A stretch of 64,000 nt of DNA. It comes from Phoronis australis. Lineage: Eukaryota; Animalia; Phoronida. Position numbers and translations under genes: made by a program. Where the stretch lies: assembly GCA_002633005.1 (NCBI GenBank), contig NMRA01000061.1:663076-727075 (forward strand), in the 5' to 3' direction. Below are positions 39,005 through 53,070 of this stretch, one piece after another. Under the pieces are notes generated by a model that saw only the letters and a program-made list of their open reading frames with translations, searched no databases and was not told where the DNA came from. Each line of letters starts with the position of its first letter. Within the stretch, counting starts at the first letter, position 1.

Positions 39005-39339
39005 CAGAGACCGTAGAGAGGGAGACGTTTCACCCAGCGAAATCCTATTGGACGGCCACTGGCGGCCATTGTTGTTCCATGGACCGTAGAGACCTCTAGC
39101 GGGTGTGTGTGGGAAAAAAGGAATATGGCTGATACTCGTGGTCAGCGGTCACAGAGACAAGATATTTTATCTGATCATAAAGTTCATATAGATTTCCCAT
39201 AGTTAATACCTCTGAGGGTAGTGCTGTGTCAAGTAACTTCAAAACAAGATATGCCGGCTCCAGTCCCTAAAAAGAGGATTAGAGGAGCTTTTTGCGCTGC
39301 AGAAAAACCGGGACTTGCACTCCCCACTGATAAAGACAG
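39005..39339 (+). mobile_element. Possible left end of a P-like/THAP element with a degenerate first THAP exon (39251-39339)
   Basis: Begins CAGAGACCGTAGAG, with GACCGTAGAG repeated at about 39082. The frame MPAPVPKKRIRGAFCAAEKPGLALPTDKDR ends at donor AG|GTGAGA and resembles a deleted THAP N-terminus. Confidence 0.3.
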
Positions 39340-39822
39340 GTGAGATATACGAGTGATACAAAGAATTCTTTTTTGTGAAAAATACTGCCTGTGAACCATT
39401 GATGTTGGCAGAGTAATTTGAACGTGTCTTACCTTTAAGTTTTAAGGTTTCATTTGATTACTCAAAGCAAAATTGTGGTAATCTGTTACATATGGCTGGG
39501 ATGATGGGTACTAGTACTTGATTTTAGAGCCAGTTAGTGAGTTACTTCCAATGAATTACGCCCGTTATTCAGTAGTAGTAACTGGTTCTCAAATGAATTT
39601 TGAGTGAGGGACCCATCTATCGAAATTCTTCTGCATGTGTTTCATGACTTAGGGCCTACTGATTACTTGTGTTTTTATTCTATGATTAGCTCTAAACTGT
39701 AATTTCGTTCACTTCTTCAATTCACTTCAGTGTTTATACATTCAGATTCAAGAGATAGGTGATAAACAGCAAGTGTGAGGACCTGCTAAGGAGAAATGCT
39801 GTGATGTTAACTTGTTCCAGTA

Positions 39823-39978
39823 CAGTGCTGTAGAGGTAAAATTAGAGGTAAGTAGGCGCCTAAAGCCCACCGTATCACATTGAGCACTGAACGTAACTTA
39901 CGGTGCGTAGGCACTACTTTCAAATGCCAAAAGGTGGTTGGCTGCGCCTACGTGCGCCTACGCCCCACTACAGCATTG
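39823..39978. mobile_element. 156-bp hAT MITE with 8-bp TSD
   Basis: TIR CAGTGCTGTAG...CTACAGCATTG. Flanks TTCCAGTA and GTCCAGTA are 7/8 identical. Confidence 0.75.
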
Positions 39979-40629
39979 GTCCAGTAGACTAGCATGGGTT
40001 TAGTTAGGTCTTTACTGTGATGGGCATTCATTGTACTTTGAAGGACCTATAGTCCGAAGGGTCATTACTTGAAAAACATATCAATTTGGTGTTATTCCAA
40101 AGCAACATTACTCCGAAGGGTTATTACTTAGCTGCAATAATGGGAAAGATTGATTGACGCTGCATAGATAATATTGCTGATGCCACATATTTTTCCTGCA
40201 TGTTGTATTTGTTATAATATAAATGATATTTTTTCAGCCAATAGATCACAGCTGTGCCACGAGTGAGCCCAGTGAAACACACCCATCTGCTGAGCACCAT
40301 GCAGTGCTGCTTTAGTAAAGCTCTTAGGTGAGGTAATGGGACATCATTGATAATGACCGTAATTTCATCCTCCATGACTGATGGTTTTGTTATACCTATT
40401 GTATTGCTACCTGAAGCTAACCTCTCTACTTACTATAGTTATGAAAAAGCGGACTTTGATGTTTTTGATTTCATGACTTGGATGTATACTTTTCTTGATC
40501 TGAAAAACAATTACAAAAAACAAACAAACAAACAAGTACACCATTCATTCAAGCATGCACACCTCAGGAAGACCATTCTCATATCTCGTTTAAAGTAAAT
40601 ATCTTCTACATGAAGTTAACATGAACAAT

Positions 40630-42010
40630 AAATTTTTCCCATTTTGCAGAGAAGCTGTCATGAACAAAGTTTTTATGCGCATTTAATTTTTCAGCATTAT
40701 AGTATTCATAAGTTTTTGTAACGAACTTGAGAAAATTAGGTATATTTTTGTGACATCTCTCTTTGTAAATGTACTGTTTAGCTAGTAGAAGTAAAATGTT
40801 AAATAGAAAATCATGCGTCTTGTAAAGTCCAAGAATAACAATATCCTAAGACAGACAGTTGGGAAGCTGAATGCCACACTTTTGAAGTAGCTTTTCAAAT
40901 TCCTTCCAGAAATCTTGTACAAAGCTACATTCCCAAAAAAGGTGGGAGCTTTATTACAAAAGGAACATAGATCAGAATCCCTAACACATATTTTGACTAA
41001 AAAGGTATTTGTTGCAATAATTCTATGTAGTATTCTAAATTGGAACCAACTAATATGGGGATCCTTTGTAATTTTGTAAGGTAAAGCATATATTTTCTTC
41101 CAATCTAAATTATCTCCTAGCTCTTTTCCCATTTAGTCTCTGACTTAGGTTTCTTAACGTTATTAAAGACTGAACAAATATGTCTACAACCCTTCAAATC
41201 TTTCCGTGAGTAATTGCTCAAGGCATGCAAGGAGAGTAGACATTAACACTTTAAATTTACTTTGAAATAGACTTTTTTGAAACCTTTTTAGAACAGAAAC
41301 AACACCATTATATTCTACAAAGTTGGTTTTCACGTAGAACCTATTTTTCATATTGTTTAGACTAACAAAATCACCATCAGAGGTATACATATCTCTAATA
41401 AATCTCAAGCCTTTTACAAACCAAGGCTTATAAAAAACACCTGTGCCTCCGATCGCCAAGTTGCTATTAAACCACAAAGGTTGGTTCAACAAGTCCTCTT
41501 TACTTGCAACAATTATTTTCTTGTAGAAAGATAGCATACTTTCAAATACGTCGCGCCAGTAGGAATTACCAATTAGACTTAACTTCGACTTAATAAAGTC
41601 ATCTCCAAATGAAGCAAAATTCTTTAAGAACGGGTAGATTGCGTACAGTAATTCACCACTTTAGACGCAGAGCTTTCCAGATATCTACGGGCCATAGCAA
41701 GTTTTAAAGATTTGCTGAAAGTATGCATACTAACCATTTGAATTCCCCCTCGATCAAGTCCTAAACAGGCCGTAGTTCGTTTAATTTTATCATTACGGGC
41801 CTGCCATACAAATTAAAAAAAAATGTCGTATTCAATTCACCCAAGACTTTCACTGATGGATTTGGTAAACTTGACAACAAAACATTAAGTTTAGAAATAC
41901 ATGTAGCTAATGTTTTAATTACCGTTACTCTACCAAACGGCGTTAAATTTCGTCGACTCCAACTTTTTAGTAAAGACTTGATCTCAGTTATTCTTGCAGT
42001 GAAGTTCTTA
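40630..42010 (-). mobile_element. Truncated, frameshifted Tx1/L1-clade LINE ORF2 3' part (post-RT region and zf-RVT)
   Basis: IKSLLKSWSRRNLTPFGRVTVIKTL; FVWQARNDKIKR..LDRGG; LLNQPLWFNSNL; WFQFRILHRIIATNTFLVKI...CSFCNKAP. Confidence 0.88.
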
Positions 42011-45000
42011 TTTTACAGTAAATTTGCATAAAAATCAGAATACAACACTGGATATTTTACTGTTTTCATGCAGAGGAATGCTCAACAAGCATCACTCATT
42101 TGCGCTCATCCGTTATTGCTCTTGATCATCACTTCATCACGCTGTATATTGCGATTTACCACAGATAATTATTGCTTATTTATGTATAATTTCTTAATAT
42201 GTTGGTACAGCAATAGAGCCCAAGTTTATATTTTAGGAACAACATTAACAATGGTTTGAACATAGCGCCGATATTACATGTAAATCATGGGCGCATGAAA
42301 ACGGAAGACTGTGATCGGTTTATAGTGTCATCCATCATCATTCTGAAATTGTTTTCAACATCTCTCATTAGATGATGACAACATCTCAGCAAAATTTGTT
42401 CTAAAATTCGGTTCACTGATATCAAAATTCCAAAAACATATAATAAAGTGAAACCAATTCTGATCATTTGTTGTGACGTTTAATATACAGATCGGCAGTT
42501 GCAAAAATATTTGCTGGGTTTAATGAATCCGTTTGTTATGAAACACTGTAAAAGTATGATTACTTATTGTACATTCGAAGCACGCCTCATTAGAATGAAA
42601 ACATACACATGCTTGTTGATCCTGGGGGTACCTCTGAATGAAGATATATAGTTGTTAAGCCATAGAGGATAATAAAGCTTACATAATATCACACTGAGCC
42701 ATCTACACCAGGCATATACAAAGGATACAGTATTTCAAAAGAAGCCTCAACTACTCAATTTGCATAGTCATAACTAGTCATTTTTCATGGTATCACTAAA
42801 TTACGAACACCTAGATTTATATAAGAATTTACATAGTACGGTGCTACACAACCTGCTCTCCCACATTGATGGAATGCCTAATTTGAAACATTTAACGACA
42901 TATCTTTTCTATGCAAGATTAAAACCAAGCAAAACATGTAAAATCTCCAGGACTAAAAATAATCAGAAGACCACAGAGCAAATAAAGACCAAAATTCACC
43001 ACGTCAAGGCTGAGAATTTATCACATCAGCACCTATAATTTATCAAGTGAGGACGAAAAATTCTTCACTTCAGGATCAAAATAAAATACGACCGAACTGA
43101 AAATTTAATAAGTCAGGTTCAAAAACTTACCGTGTCAGTAACTTTCACGCCAGAACACCACGTCACCATCCCCAAGCATAGATCTTTCAAAGTGATAATG
43201 TCCGTACTACATGTATACATATAAACAAGGGTTATATGTTCAACCTCTCGCCGACAACAGACCTATTATCTTGGAAATGCGGTTGAATTTCTTTTGTCTA
43301 ATCCACGTTTTACAATAGATGCCAATGTACAGGTACCCACTGGATTGTCACCATTGCATAATTGGTGATCACGTAGCCTCGGGGCTTGAAAACAACTCTC
43401 TCTCTCCTGGCGTGATAAGTTTTCTGACACAATAAATCCTGGTTGCCAATTGTTTTTGATTATACAGAGATTTCATTTCCAGAATAGAAAATGTGTGTTC
43501 TGGATGTTTTCGCTTCAGCTTTCCATTCAGCTAACTAGTGCACAGCACAGTGTTTTTACTATCCCGTGGCTGCTCCGTTGCAACGAATCACTTCTAGTAC
43601 AACCTTCCGTAAATGACCTTCGTATTTTGCGCATTTCTTCGGGGTAACAGTTTTCCAAGAGCTATATATTCATTGGACACGAATACCAGTCTCAGGTAGT
43701 CCTTGAGCTCATGCTCTGAATGTTTTGAAAACGCAAATCTTTCTTTACGCAGATACCGTTTTCTGCCCGTGGACACCGACTCGCTGAATTCATCAACAAA
43801 ACATTTATTTTTGAAAATGCCCTCAAAAGTGTACTTCTTTAAAACACCGAGTTGACCATAGTCGTCAGAAAAGCGAAATGAACAAATTTTGTACACAGTG
43901 CTCAAAACACTTTTGTGGACATACGGAAACGCCAACGTCTCTGTCTTACAACGCTGCGTGAACTTGGCATTTCATTTCATGCTGGAAACTTTTTAAGACT
44001 GAGCACCGTTTCAAAAAATAGTATTTTTTCTTACAGCTGAGAACAAAAGAATTATTCTGCGATTTTAGGACTGAAATGAAACGAAATCTCGAGTGGTGAC
44101 TCATAAGAATGTGCAAAACTCGGAGAGGGTGCTGGCGATATATATACAAGCATGGTTTATTTATTTTTTATTTTTATTTTGTAGATGCCACTTCTCATTC
44201 TACCTAAGGTGGCCAGATCATACGCTATCAATTTCACCAGACGCTTTGCTTCTCAAATGTGCACCTTTGTGTATTTTCTACAATTTTTTGCCATCGCAAT
44301 CGCTTTACCAAAGGTTCGCGCACATATGTAGCCTAGTGAATACTAATTACTTCTTCATCACGTACTCACATCTTCCCGTTCACAATTGTTTTATTTTGCA
44401 TAATTTGTCAATATGTTGTTGACAGAAAATATTTATTTTTTGAACAACGTGAACGACCAACTGATAGGAGACTACGTGTATACATGTAACTGCTAGCCCG
44501 GATTTTAACATCACCGATACATGAAAACGGAATACGCAAAGCTACAATTGCCTGCAGGCTCAACAGTGGTGATATCACCGTCTTAGATCGTGGAAATCGT
44601 AACCATAATATGATTTCGAAGTTAGAGCCATCGAAGTCCGTGGGTTTAGGGCATACTGGACCGTGAATTTCGCGTCTGTACTGCAAGGGTCATTACTATT
44701 AAAATGAAATCTTCGCAGTGAGAGCTCTTCGCGGTGTAACAACTCACTCACTAATCCATCATCATGAGCGCGTGACAGGAGACCGGTGACTAACTTAAAA
44801 AACGCAAAAAGATGCAGTTTGGCGTTACACAAACAAAATCAATTGCGGTGAAGACTGTTAAAAATAGCTGCGTTTACAAAATGACTACAGCGTTGTATTG
44901 ACCGGGAAGCAACCAATCTATTAGATCTTGTTAACGTCACGAGTCAAATTAAATATCAAATGTAAAGAAAATTTTCACATTTTTCATCCGAAACTTGTTG

Positions 45001-45411
45001 CATTGCCCATAATCCAATGTTTACTAGTACAGCTTGCCTTCAACATTCGAATTAGTGGTGTTACACATCCGACGTGAACTCATGTAACCGAGACAGTAAA
45101 ACTAGGTTAATTTATTTGACCCTGTGCTTAGACGAATATGCATCGACACGCAAAGTGGTATCAGCCTGACAACCTATTACGCAACTGCTACTCTAGCCTA
45201 AAAATAGCAGCCGTCCAGCTGGTCGTTTGATGGCCGGTCGGCTGAAGGGTCGGCTGAAGGTGCGGCTGGGGAGTCGTCTTATGAGTCGGCACTGCAGGCG
45301 GCTGCCGTTCGGCTAATTTTTAGCCGACCGGTCGGCTAATTTGCCGACCGGTCGACAGCTAGTCGTCGACCAATTTCCGACCGGGCGGACAAAAATTCGT
45401 GATGTGTGCTG
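42011..45411 (+). mobile_element. Copy 1 of the 5.1-kb TA-flanked TIR element (left ~520 bp missing; lacks three internal segments)
   Basis: Collinear with 53891-58482. Right TIR ...AAAAATTCGTGATGTGTGCTG is followed by TA. Confidence 0.9.
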
Positions 45412-45426
45412 TACTTAAATTCCTTT

Positions 45427-45925
45427 AAAAATAGCCCACCCATCTTGACTCACGTTCTCTTGTATTGTCACTCCATGGATCCTTTCACCGCACTCGTTCC
45501 TAAAAAACTTCAATAAGCTCGGGTGACAGCATGTAGCGTCACAATCTTCTACTGCGCACGCACGTTTAGTCCTCACCCCTAGTGCGATTTTATTATTAAG
45601 CCCCATCACCTTTGTATTTCGGGCCCACGCATTCCAGCTGCCACGGCTACAAACTCCACGAAACTCCTCACAGCTGGACATAATTATTACGCTCTAAAAT
45701 AGCCCACGCATCTTCTTTCACGTGTTCATGTATTGTCACTGATTGGATTATTGCATTGCATTCATACAACAGAAAATTTCAATAAGCTCGTGTGACAGCA
45801 TGTAGCATCCCAATCCCCTACTGTGAGCTCATGCTAAGTCTTCAACTCCGAGTGCTGGTTCATGTATAGAACCACCCCCTTAGTATTTCGGGCTCAAGTA
45901 ATCCACCTGTCTGACTCGTCAAATT
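45427..45925 (+). repeat. Diverged two-unit tandem duplication, period about 268 bp
   Basis: aaaatagcccac.catctt, tgtattgtcact, ttcaataagctcg.gtgacagcatgtagc and gtatttcgggc each occur twice, in the same order. Confidence 0.75.
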
Positions 45926-48900
45926 GTTGTGTTCACTTTCTCCGCATGATGCCGGAAATTGGAATAAATGCTCGCAGAATTCATGTGTTATGTTTTTGCT
46001 TATCGTGAAGACAATTGAATTCTTTCCTGATGCACACGTGTGTCAAAATTTTTTAATGTTTATTTGAAAAGCAAATATATACAAGTGAGAAGTTAAGTCC
46101 ATCCTCATGTTTCAAGAAATGACTTAAGACTTGAAGAAGGAATTTGGGTTTTTGCTCCACGTAACGATTTCCGAAAAAAATAGTTGAATCTCACATGAGC
46201 CAAATTCACTGTTTATTGCCAAGATTTTTTTAAAATTAGTTTTCGATTGTGATGCGATCATAATAACTCGACTAAAATTTTATAGAGCTATTGTGACATA
46301 GGAGCCTATGACCGAGTTTCTGGCTTTTAGTCACTTTTATGGAACGGACCCAGGAACAGTCTGAATGTATCTACAGAAAAAGTTGTAGAATGGACTAGTG
46401 TGGAATGCCACACAATTGGTTGCTTGTCACTGACTACAGCCTCTCGTTGTTTGAATTGAGGACTGATTATTTCAAGATGTTGCTGCTTGAAAAGCCAATA
46501 ACTGGGAACTTGGTCAAGCTTGCCAATCGCAGGTTCAATGATTAATTATGCAGAATTTTATGTTACTAAAGTGGCCTGATTGGAAAAAGAAATCTAATGA
46601 CTTCATCACTGTCATTGCCAAAACATATCTTAAGTTTACACGATTCTATTCTGTAGACAACTAACTTGTGGTAAATCCCGGGGGAATTACAGTTAAAAAA
46701 ACAATTTAAAAGCTGACCGAGAGAAAAGTTCGCATAAAATTTACACCGTGGTTTATCCAATACAAGACGGGTTATGGATATGATAAAAAGGCAGCAAGAT
46801 TCAGAAGTTATTTCATCTAAAATATATGATAGTGTAATGATGTCCGTGAAATATATAATGATTTTTATGTATTCTGTATACAGTGCTAAGAGTGCGAAAT
46901 AGTTATATAAAATAGTGATACGCGAGGTTTAAGATAGCGTACATTCAATCGAAAACCAATGATGATAAGTAACTAGTATGGGCGACATAACGTCTAATAT
47001 AATGATAGCATTACAAATTGATACGCTGGTGGATAACAAAAGGCCGAGTAATCAACCGATCGATACCTTTAAAACATCGGATGCACTTGTTAACAAATAT
47101 TCGGTTTGTAATTATAGTGGGTACAAGTGAACGTGCAATTTTTTAAAAAATAAAAAAATTAATAGTGAGTAGGTAGGTTTATCATTCAACTATCCCTAAA
47201 ACAAATGAATATCAATTATCACCTCAATCAAAATCAAATAAAATCAAATAACGTATTACTATCCCTAAATTATCGCCTTAATTTTATTTTCCGGAAGACC
47301 GAATCAGATAGACTTAAACACAGAAGGTGTAGTCAACACGTAACCCCTCATTTGGCTATGCCTGCTGCATTACAAGGTAATGTGAACTGCCTTAATAGAA
47401 AGAAGTATGTTACCAGTTGAACGGTATTCGATTGCCACTTTTGAAGTTGTATTTTTCTGTTAGAAAGTCAAGTCTCATTCAAAGTTTTTCCTATTGTTTT
47501 TGTGCGAAGGCAGACACTCGGTTGCCAGTTCAGTGAATGCATTTGTATACATATCCTGGTGAGATTATATATGCATTACCCTCAAGGCACTAAGTATAAA
47601 ATATACATATATAGAAAGATATATAGATAGATACCTATATTCTTATATATACAGATATATAAAAGATAGTTAGTTTATTTAGCCATTCATGATGCAAATA
47701 GTCAAGCATATACAGAAGTTGTTCCTACTTTCTCAATGCAATTTAAAGAGACAAGAATGTAACTTGAAGTAGTCGAAGGTAAACAACAAAACTAAGGTTT
47801 AACTAAGACCATGTGTATAATAGTCATTGGTTACTTTAGAACTATAAAAACAAGGCAAGGTGACTGTCAAAAGGCCAAGGAGGCGTTTGGAAAAAAGCCA
47901 CCTGTAACTGCAAATGTAGTTAGTCAAAATAAAATAAGTATTCGTGTCAATACTTTATCTCACTACATGAGGGAAACATTAACGTGTCTTCAGTATCAAG
48001 CAAATGATTACATATATGTGTAAAATGTGTACATGTACAGGGACAAATATGAGAATCACAATATCAATTAGTTTCAATAATGGGTGAAAAATAAGATAGA
48101 GCTTAAGTATTATATATTAGCATTGGCTCAACAAAGGAAAAAATAATGAAAACCTTATGCCTTATGTTATGCTATAAGAAAACCAAGTTACAAAGAGAAA
48201 ATGAACTAAAAATAAAGAATGAAATTGGCTAGGCAGGCATAACTATATCACTGTATGGTTTTCGTTAATTTCACACTGCAGGAAAACAAGAATGAGGGTG
48301 ATAGGTTAGATATATATCTGTAATACTTTTAAAGTACTAAATTTTCGCGATGCTGAGATGCACAGATTCTGCACTTGATATTGAGGATTTTCCTTAATAA
48401 TTTTGAAACAGGTGAATTTTTGTGGCTAAGAAGAACGCCTAAATATAGTGACTAAATATCTTTTCAATTATGTTTTGTGGAGTAAAATAACAATTAATAC
48501 ATTCTGGAAAAAAAGTTGCCTAGGCTCCTGGCTTGAGTGATTGGCACTGGTAATATTGGGCTGAGCGGTGGAAGTGTTACACAAAAGTCGGCGTATGTTG
48601 AGTGGGACACTTCTTCATCGTTTGGATGAATTAAAATTGATATCATCATTGAAATCTGATAAATATAGTGTAAGAACTTATTACAACTAACTTTATAGAA
48701 AAAGTTCAGACAAGAAATTAAATACTGGGTGATCCAAACAATTATGTTTGTTTTTAAGTTTCCCATTTCGTACTACTGTAGTTTTTCGATGTTAGTTAGT
48801 CCTGATAGTATGATTATAATTGATAATTTCAATAGTTTTAATAGTAGACTGCAAGCATTCACTTTTCAATTTGGCTTGCCATTGTTGAAGAGCATCGCAG

Positions 48901-49799
48901 TTGTGACATGTCGTCGATCATGAATAAACCCATGAACATGATACGTGACTTGTATTTAGATTAAAATGAAGCGTTAAACGCCTATGGTGGAAATGGTAAC
49001 TATAACATAATTGACAAACACTAAGGACTAACTAGGAATGAATGATGAAGACAGTTTCACCAACTTACGAAAATCAACTAGTGGTTTCAAAAATTATCTT
49101 AAGAGTGCACAACACATCAGACCTGCCAAAAATCCATACATGGGTGACGGATTTGGATCATATTGTGCATTTTTGTTAATTTTCTTGTGGTAAATACTAA
49201 TGTGCAATTTTAACAAATTTTATCGCGTTAGGTAGCTTAAAAATTGGGTACCACAATTTTCACTGAAAACCACTATCAGAAGTCATTCCAATTTCCTCAG
49301 GTTTTGTGACATTTTAAGTAATTACAGAAGGTACTGGAAAATAAAATACCTACTGTGTTGTATAAAGACAGTCATTGCCTTCGTAAATCGAAAGAAAATG
49401 TCAAGTTGCACCTGAAAATTCCACATTTCGAGTTTGAGGGGTCATTGGGTCCTACAAGCCGAAAACATGGAAATTTTGGCATCAAAGTCACCGGCAAACA
49501 AATGTCTTCATATAGTAATGAGCAATTGTTCGCAGCCACCTTAGCCAAAGTGAGCACTTGTGACAATAGCTAATAGTTATCGAAAATGTTGAGTTTTGAG
49601 ATATAAAAGTGTTCAAATGTTTGTTAAATTTTTGCGTTTATTTCTTAGCAAATCAAAATCAGTAAAATTAGTATTTTTGTTATTTTTTAATGCGGTTTAC
49701 ATTTTGATGAAAATCCCTTCAGGTGTCTCTGATATCACTGAAGAAAAATGGCTGCTGAAGTGGGTGAAGTAAATAATATAGTGTGCTAGTTGGCATCAT

Positions 49800-51700
49800 T
49801 ATATCGTTCAAATCAGGTTTGTGGAGCTTCGAAGGAATACACTGATACAATGCAGCAAGCAATTGAAGCACTAACGGATTGCAGCAAGTTCACAACAAGC
49901 CATTTGAAATATACTCAAGTCACTGATCCAGTGCCGTTCAGTAACAGTGCTGAAAGTGGCAGCTGATTCTTGCCAGAGTCAGAGTGGGATGGTTTACAAA
50001 AGTTTGCCCCCAAAAATGACTGTTTGTTGAAGTAGTCGAGTTCAGCATGGAATGATATGGAGGCCAAGTAAAAGTAAGATATGTGCCCACCTTCAACATC
50101 AGAAAGGCTCTAAACCCAAGGTCAAGCTTGAGTTTGGAAATGGAATGTAAGTGGAAATACAGTCAATAAAGATTTTCTGGAAGAACAGTAAACGTCGATT
50201 CCAGTTGTGTCAGCTAAGTTATTATGTTGGTGCACGTCATCAATGTTCTAAACCTGTTGATAATGAATTTGTGATATTCTTTACTTTCTCAACATTCCGA
50301 CTGTTGCCAGGAAGCAATTCAAAATTTAAAGAGCCACAAAGGGCACAAACCTACATGAAGTAATAGCGACACTTGACTACCTGAGTAATTTTAGTAACTA
50401 CTTCCAGTATAGGCTTGCATCAGTAAAGCACTCTCTTTTTCTCAACATTTAGGGTTCTTCGAAATACATTCCATTTTATGAATATGCATGTGTAAGAAGT
50501 GAAAATTTGGTGTCCATTATCAAAAGATTTAACCGACCCCATGTCCCCTAGCTAGCTGGCACCAATATCTGATCTAATTCATGTGGTGTTCTTTCTGATG
50601 GGTCACGTTGCTCTATCTGTATAACCAGAGATATATAATTTTCCACATTTGCAGTAGAACCCCGTTGCTTTGGGGCATATTTTAATATAGCTAAAGCAAT
50701 AACACTGTTAGGGTCCCTAATATCTGAAGCATTCAACTTCAAGAATAACACTTGAGAAAACATTTTGGAATTCAAAATACAGCATTTTATTGGGATTTCT
50801 GTTATGCCTACTTTCCATAAAATTCTATTGCAGGTCTATGCAGAAATTGTAAGCGTTTACCAAAGAAGTTAGCCAATGTTGTTGAGCTTACTACAGAAAG
50901 AGTAATAGTAAGTAGTTAGTTAATGAATTGGAGTATTGTTGCACAAAACATTTTTCAGAGGTTCTTAGTTCCCAGATTAAGTGAATCTTGTTAACATTTA
51001 ATGACAGCAAATCGGTAGTTGTAGTAGAATATTCATATTTCAATTGCATTCCGGATGCTTATGAACCTCGTAGACAAATAAAAATGCCGTGCACTCAGCG
51101 GATTTTGAGTGTTGGAAGTTTTACTGCGCAAGTTGTCCATGGTTACAGGAGTTGCTAACTACAAGGTTCGCACATTGCCACAAATGTAAAGAGGGCTCGT
51201 GGACTTGTAAAGTGCACATTGACTCAAAAACTGTTGACTGGCTCACAAACTCATATGCCAGGAAACATTGCTGATGGACTGTAACTCTGTCCTTCTATTT
51301 GCAGACAAGACACTTTGTATGTATGCTGAATGTTCTGTCTGTCAACCGTGTGGATTTGGCACCACAAACTGATTTTTTTGGGCATCAGTTATGTTTTGTG
51401 AGTTTGGGACAGAGCTTGTGAGTCAATTGATAGCGTCAACAGACCTTGAACTACGTTTATGGTGAGGAATTCTGTTCATAAATGAACAGTCGGTTTAGTT
51501 CTGTGCCAGTTATTTCACTACACCTGTCAAAATTTGAAAATTCCCCTGAGAGGGAAGACAACTTGTAATGAAAGCTTAGGTACTCCAAGTAGGTCATAAC
51601 AAGATGTTTAGAGTACTTTCCAAAAATACTCCGAGTTGAGTTAGTGATCAACGAGGCAAAGTTTGAAAGGTGCGTTTAGCTAAAAATATTGAAGATGCAT
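49800..51700 (+). pseudogene. Possible heavily degraded MULE/NOF-FB-like transposase relic
   Basis: Scattered peptides across frames (LPESEWDGL, FWKNSKRRFQLCQLSY, PWLQELLTTR, LSFYLQ...HQLC, LRLW*GILF) fall in the order recalled for NOF-like proteins. Many stops; weak support. Confidence 0.25.
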
Positions 51701-53070
51701 TGTATTCCTCTTAGCTTGAAAATCGTGTAAAACATTATTTTTTTCTCAATCAGCATCATGGCATGAAGAGAGTTGGATCTTATGTTAACCCGATGGCGTT
51801 TTGAAGACGTTACAATGCAATATATAAAACCGATGGTTTTCCAGGTTTTAGTAGTGAACTGTCATTAGATTAATTGACGAAACTTTTGTTTTGAGTGCTG
51901 CTTGGACAAAATGAGGGTTGGACGCGTATGTGAGTGGCCATCTCACCAAGCTACATTTATTTTAAATGGTGAAAATATTTTCTTTGTGGAGAAGCTGTTT
52001 ATGGAAAATATAATTCTAGTGTTTACGTATTAAGTTGCATATAATTGTAATATTTACAGGCAAAATGTTCAAGTGGAAACGAGGGGGACCAACCATCATT
52101 CTGGCTGCCCTCGAATTTGCCAAAAATCTATAAGTCCAATCAGTTTCTCACTGCTGCATCTGATGGAAGAGTCAACCCTGTTAGGTCCCACTGACATCGA
52201 TGAATCTGCCAAAAGCTCCAAGCTTTATTACAAACGGAAAGCCATCGAAGCATTACCTGTAACCCGTGAATGTAGTGCTCCTTGTCAGAGTGATGTTCTG
52301 AAGAATGTCTCTCATTTCAGCAGATTAAATTTTTCCCGTTTAGCAACACTCAATCGTTCTGGGAAACTCGCAGAGTTTGATGCCTTTGAAATGAAAAGTA
52401 TCGCTGAGGCAGGCCGTCGGTTTGAACTGCGACAAAAGATTACTTAGTAAATAGAATTGCGGCAGTAGCGCATTTCATATATTCACGACTCAGAGAGATT
52501 TGAAATACAATATGTCAATGCTATTTCCATTTCGTGACGTGTAATCTGTGCTGACAAAAGATTTCTCATTGTAAAATATATATTTTTCGCATTTCGTAAA
52601 TGTGACCACATTTGTTCTATTTACTTGATTTATGGCTTTTAATTTGCCTGTGTCCTAAATCAGCCTCAATATACTATTACTATTCTGTAAACTACTTTGG
52701 TGCTTGTATAATGGTTGGCTATCATATTTATTTATCGTTTTGCTACATAAGTACAATGTACAGTATAACCTGCTCTGGTGGGGCTCAGTCTAACTAAATA
52801 AACAATAATTTCAATCAGGACAGCTTGTAAATATTGCCCTACTTTGTTCCAAAATCTTTTTGCAGGATTACCCAAGGTCACCTATATGCAGTCTGAATGT
52901 CTGTGTATTTTATTTTCATTCTGGGGCACATGCATTGTCCTATGATTTTTCGATGAAGTAGTTGACAGTAAATGTATTAGTCTCGAGACTGCTGAATTGT
53001 TGTAGTCTGACTAACAGTAAGCACCAAACACAATTGCATACCCATCAGTGAGCATTCTTACATACTAAAC

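Noticed and set aside
41790-41805. TACGGGCCTG as the missing 5' TIR of the hAT element
   Set aside because: Only a 10-bp match, and it lies within LINE coding sequence (FVWQARND).
43450-44832. ORFs recurring in the 5.1-kb element copies (e.g. MCNAKLHLFAFF..., ...DDYGQLGVLKKYTF...) as conserved genes
   Set aside because: Recurrence follows from high nucleotide identity. Frames break differently between copies, most starts are non-ATG, and no domain was recognised.
46690-46830. Possible CR1/L2 LINE scrap (RKVRIKFTPW...MIKRQ)
   Set aside because: Too short and frameshifted, with no flanking endonuclease or RT motifs.
47590-47680. TA/GATA-rich tract
   Set aside because: Ordinary degenerate microsatellite.
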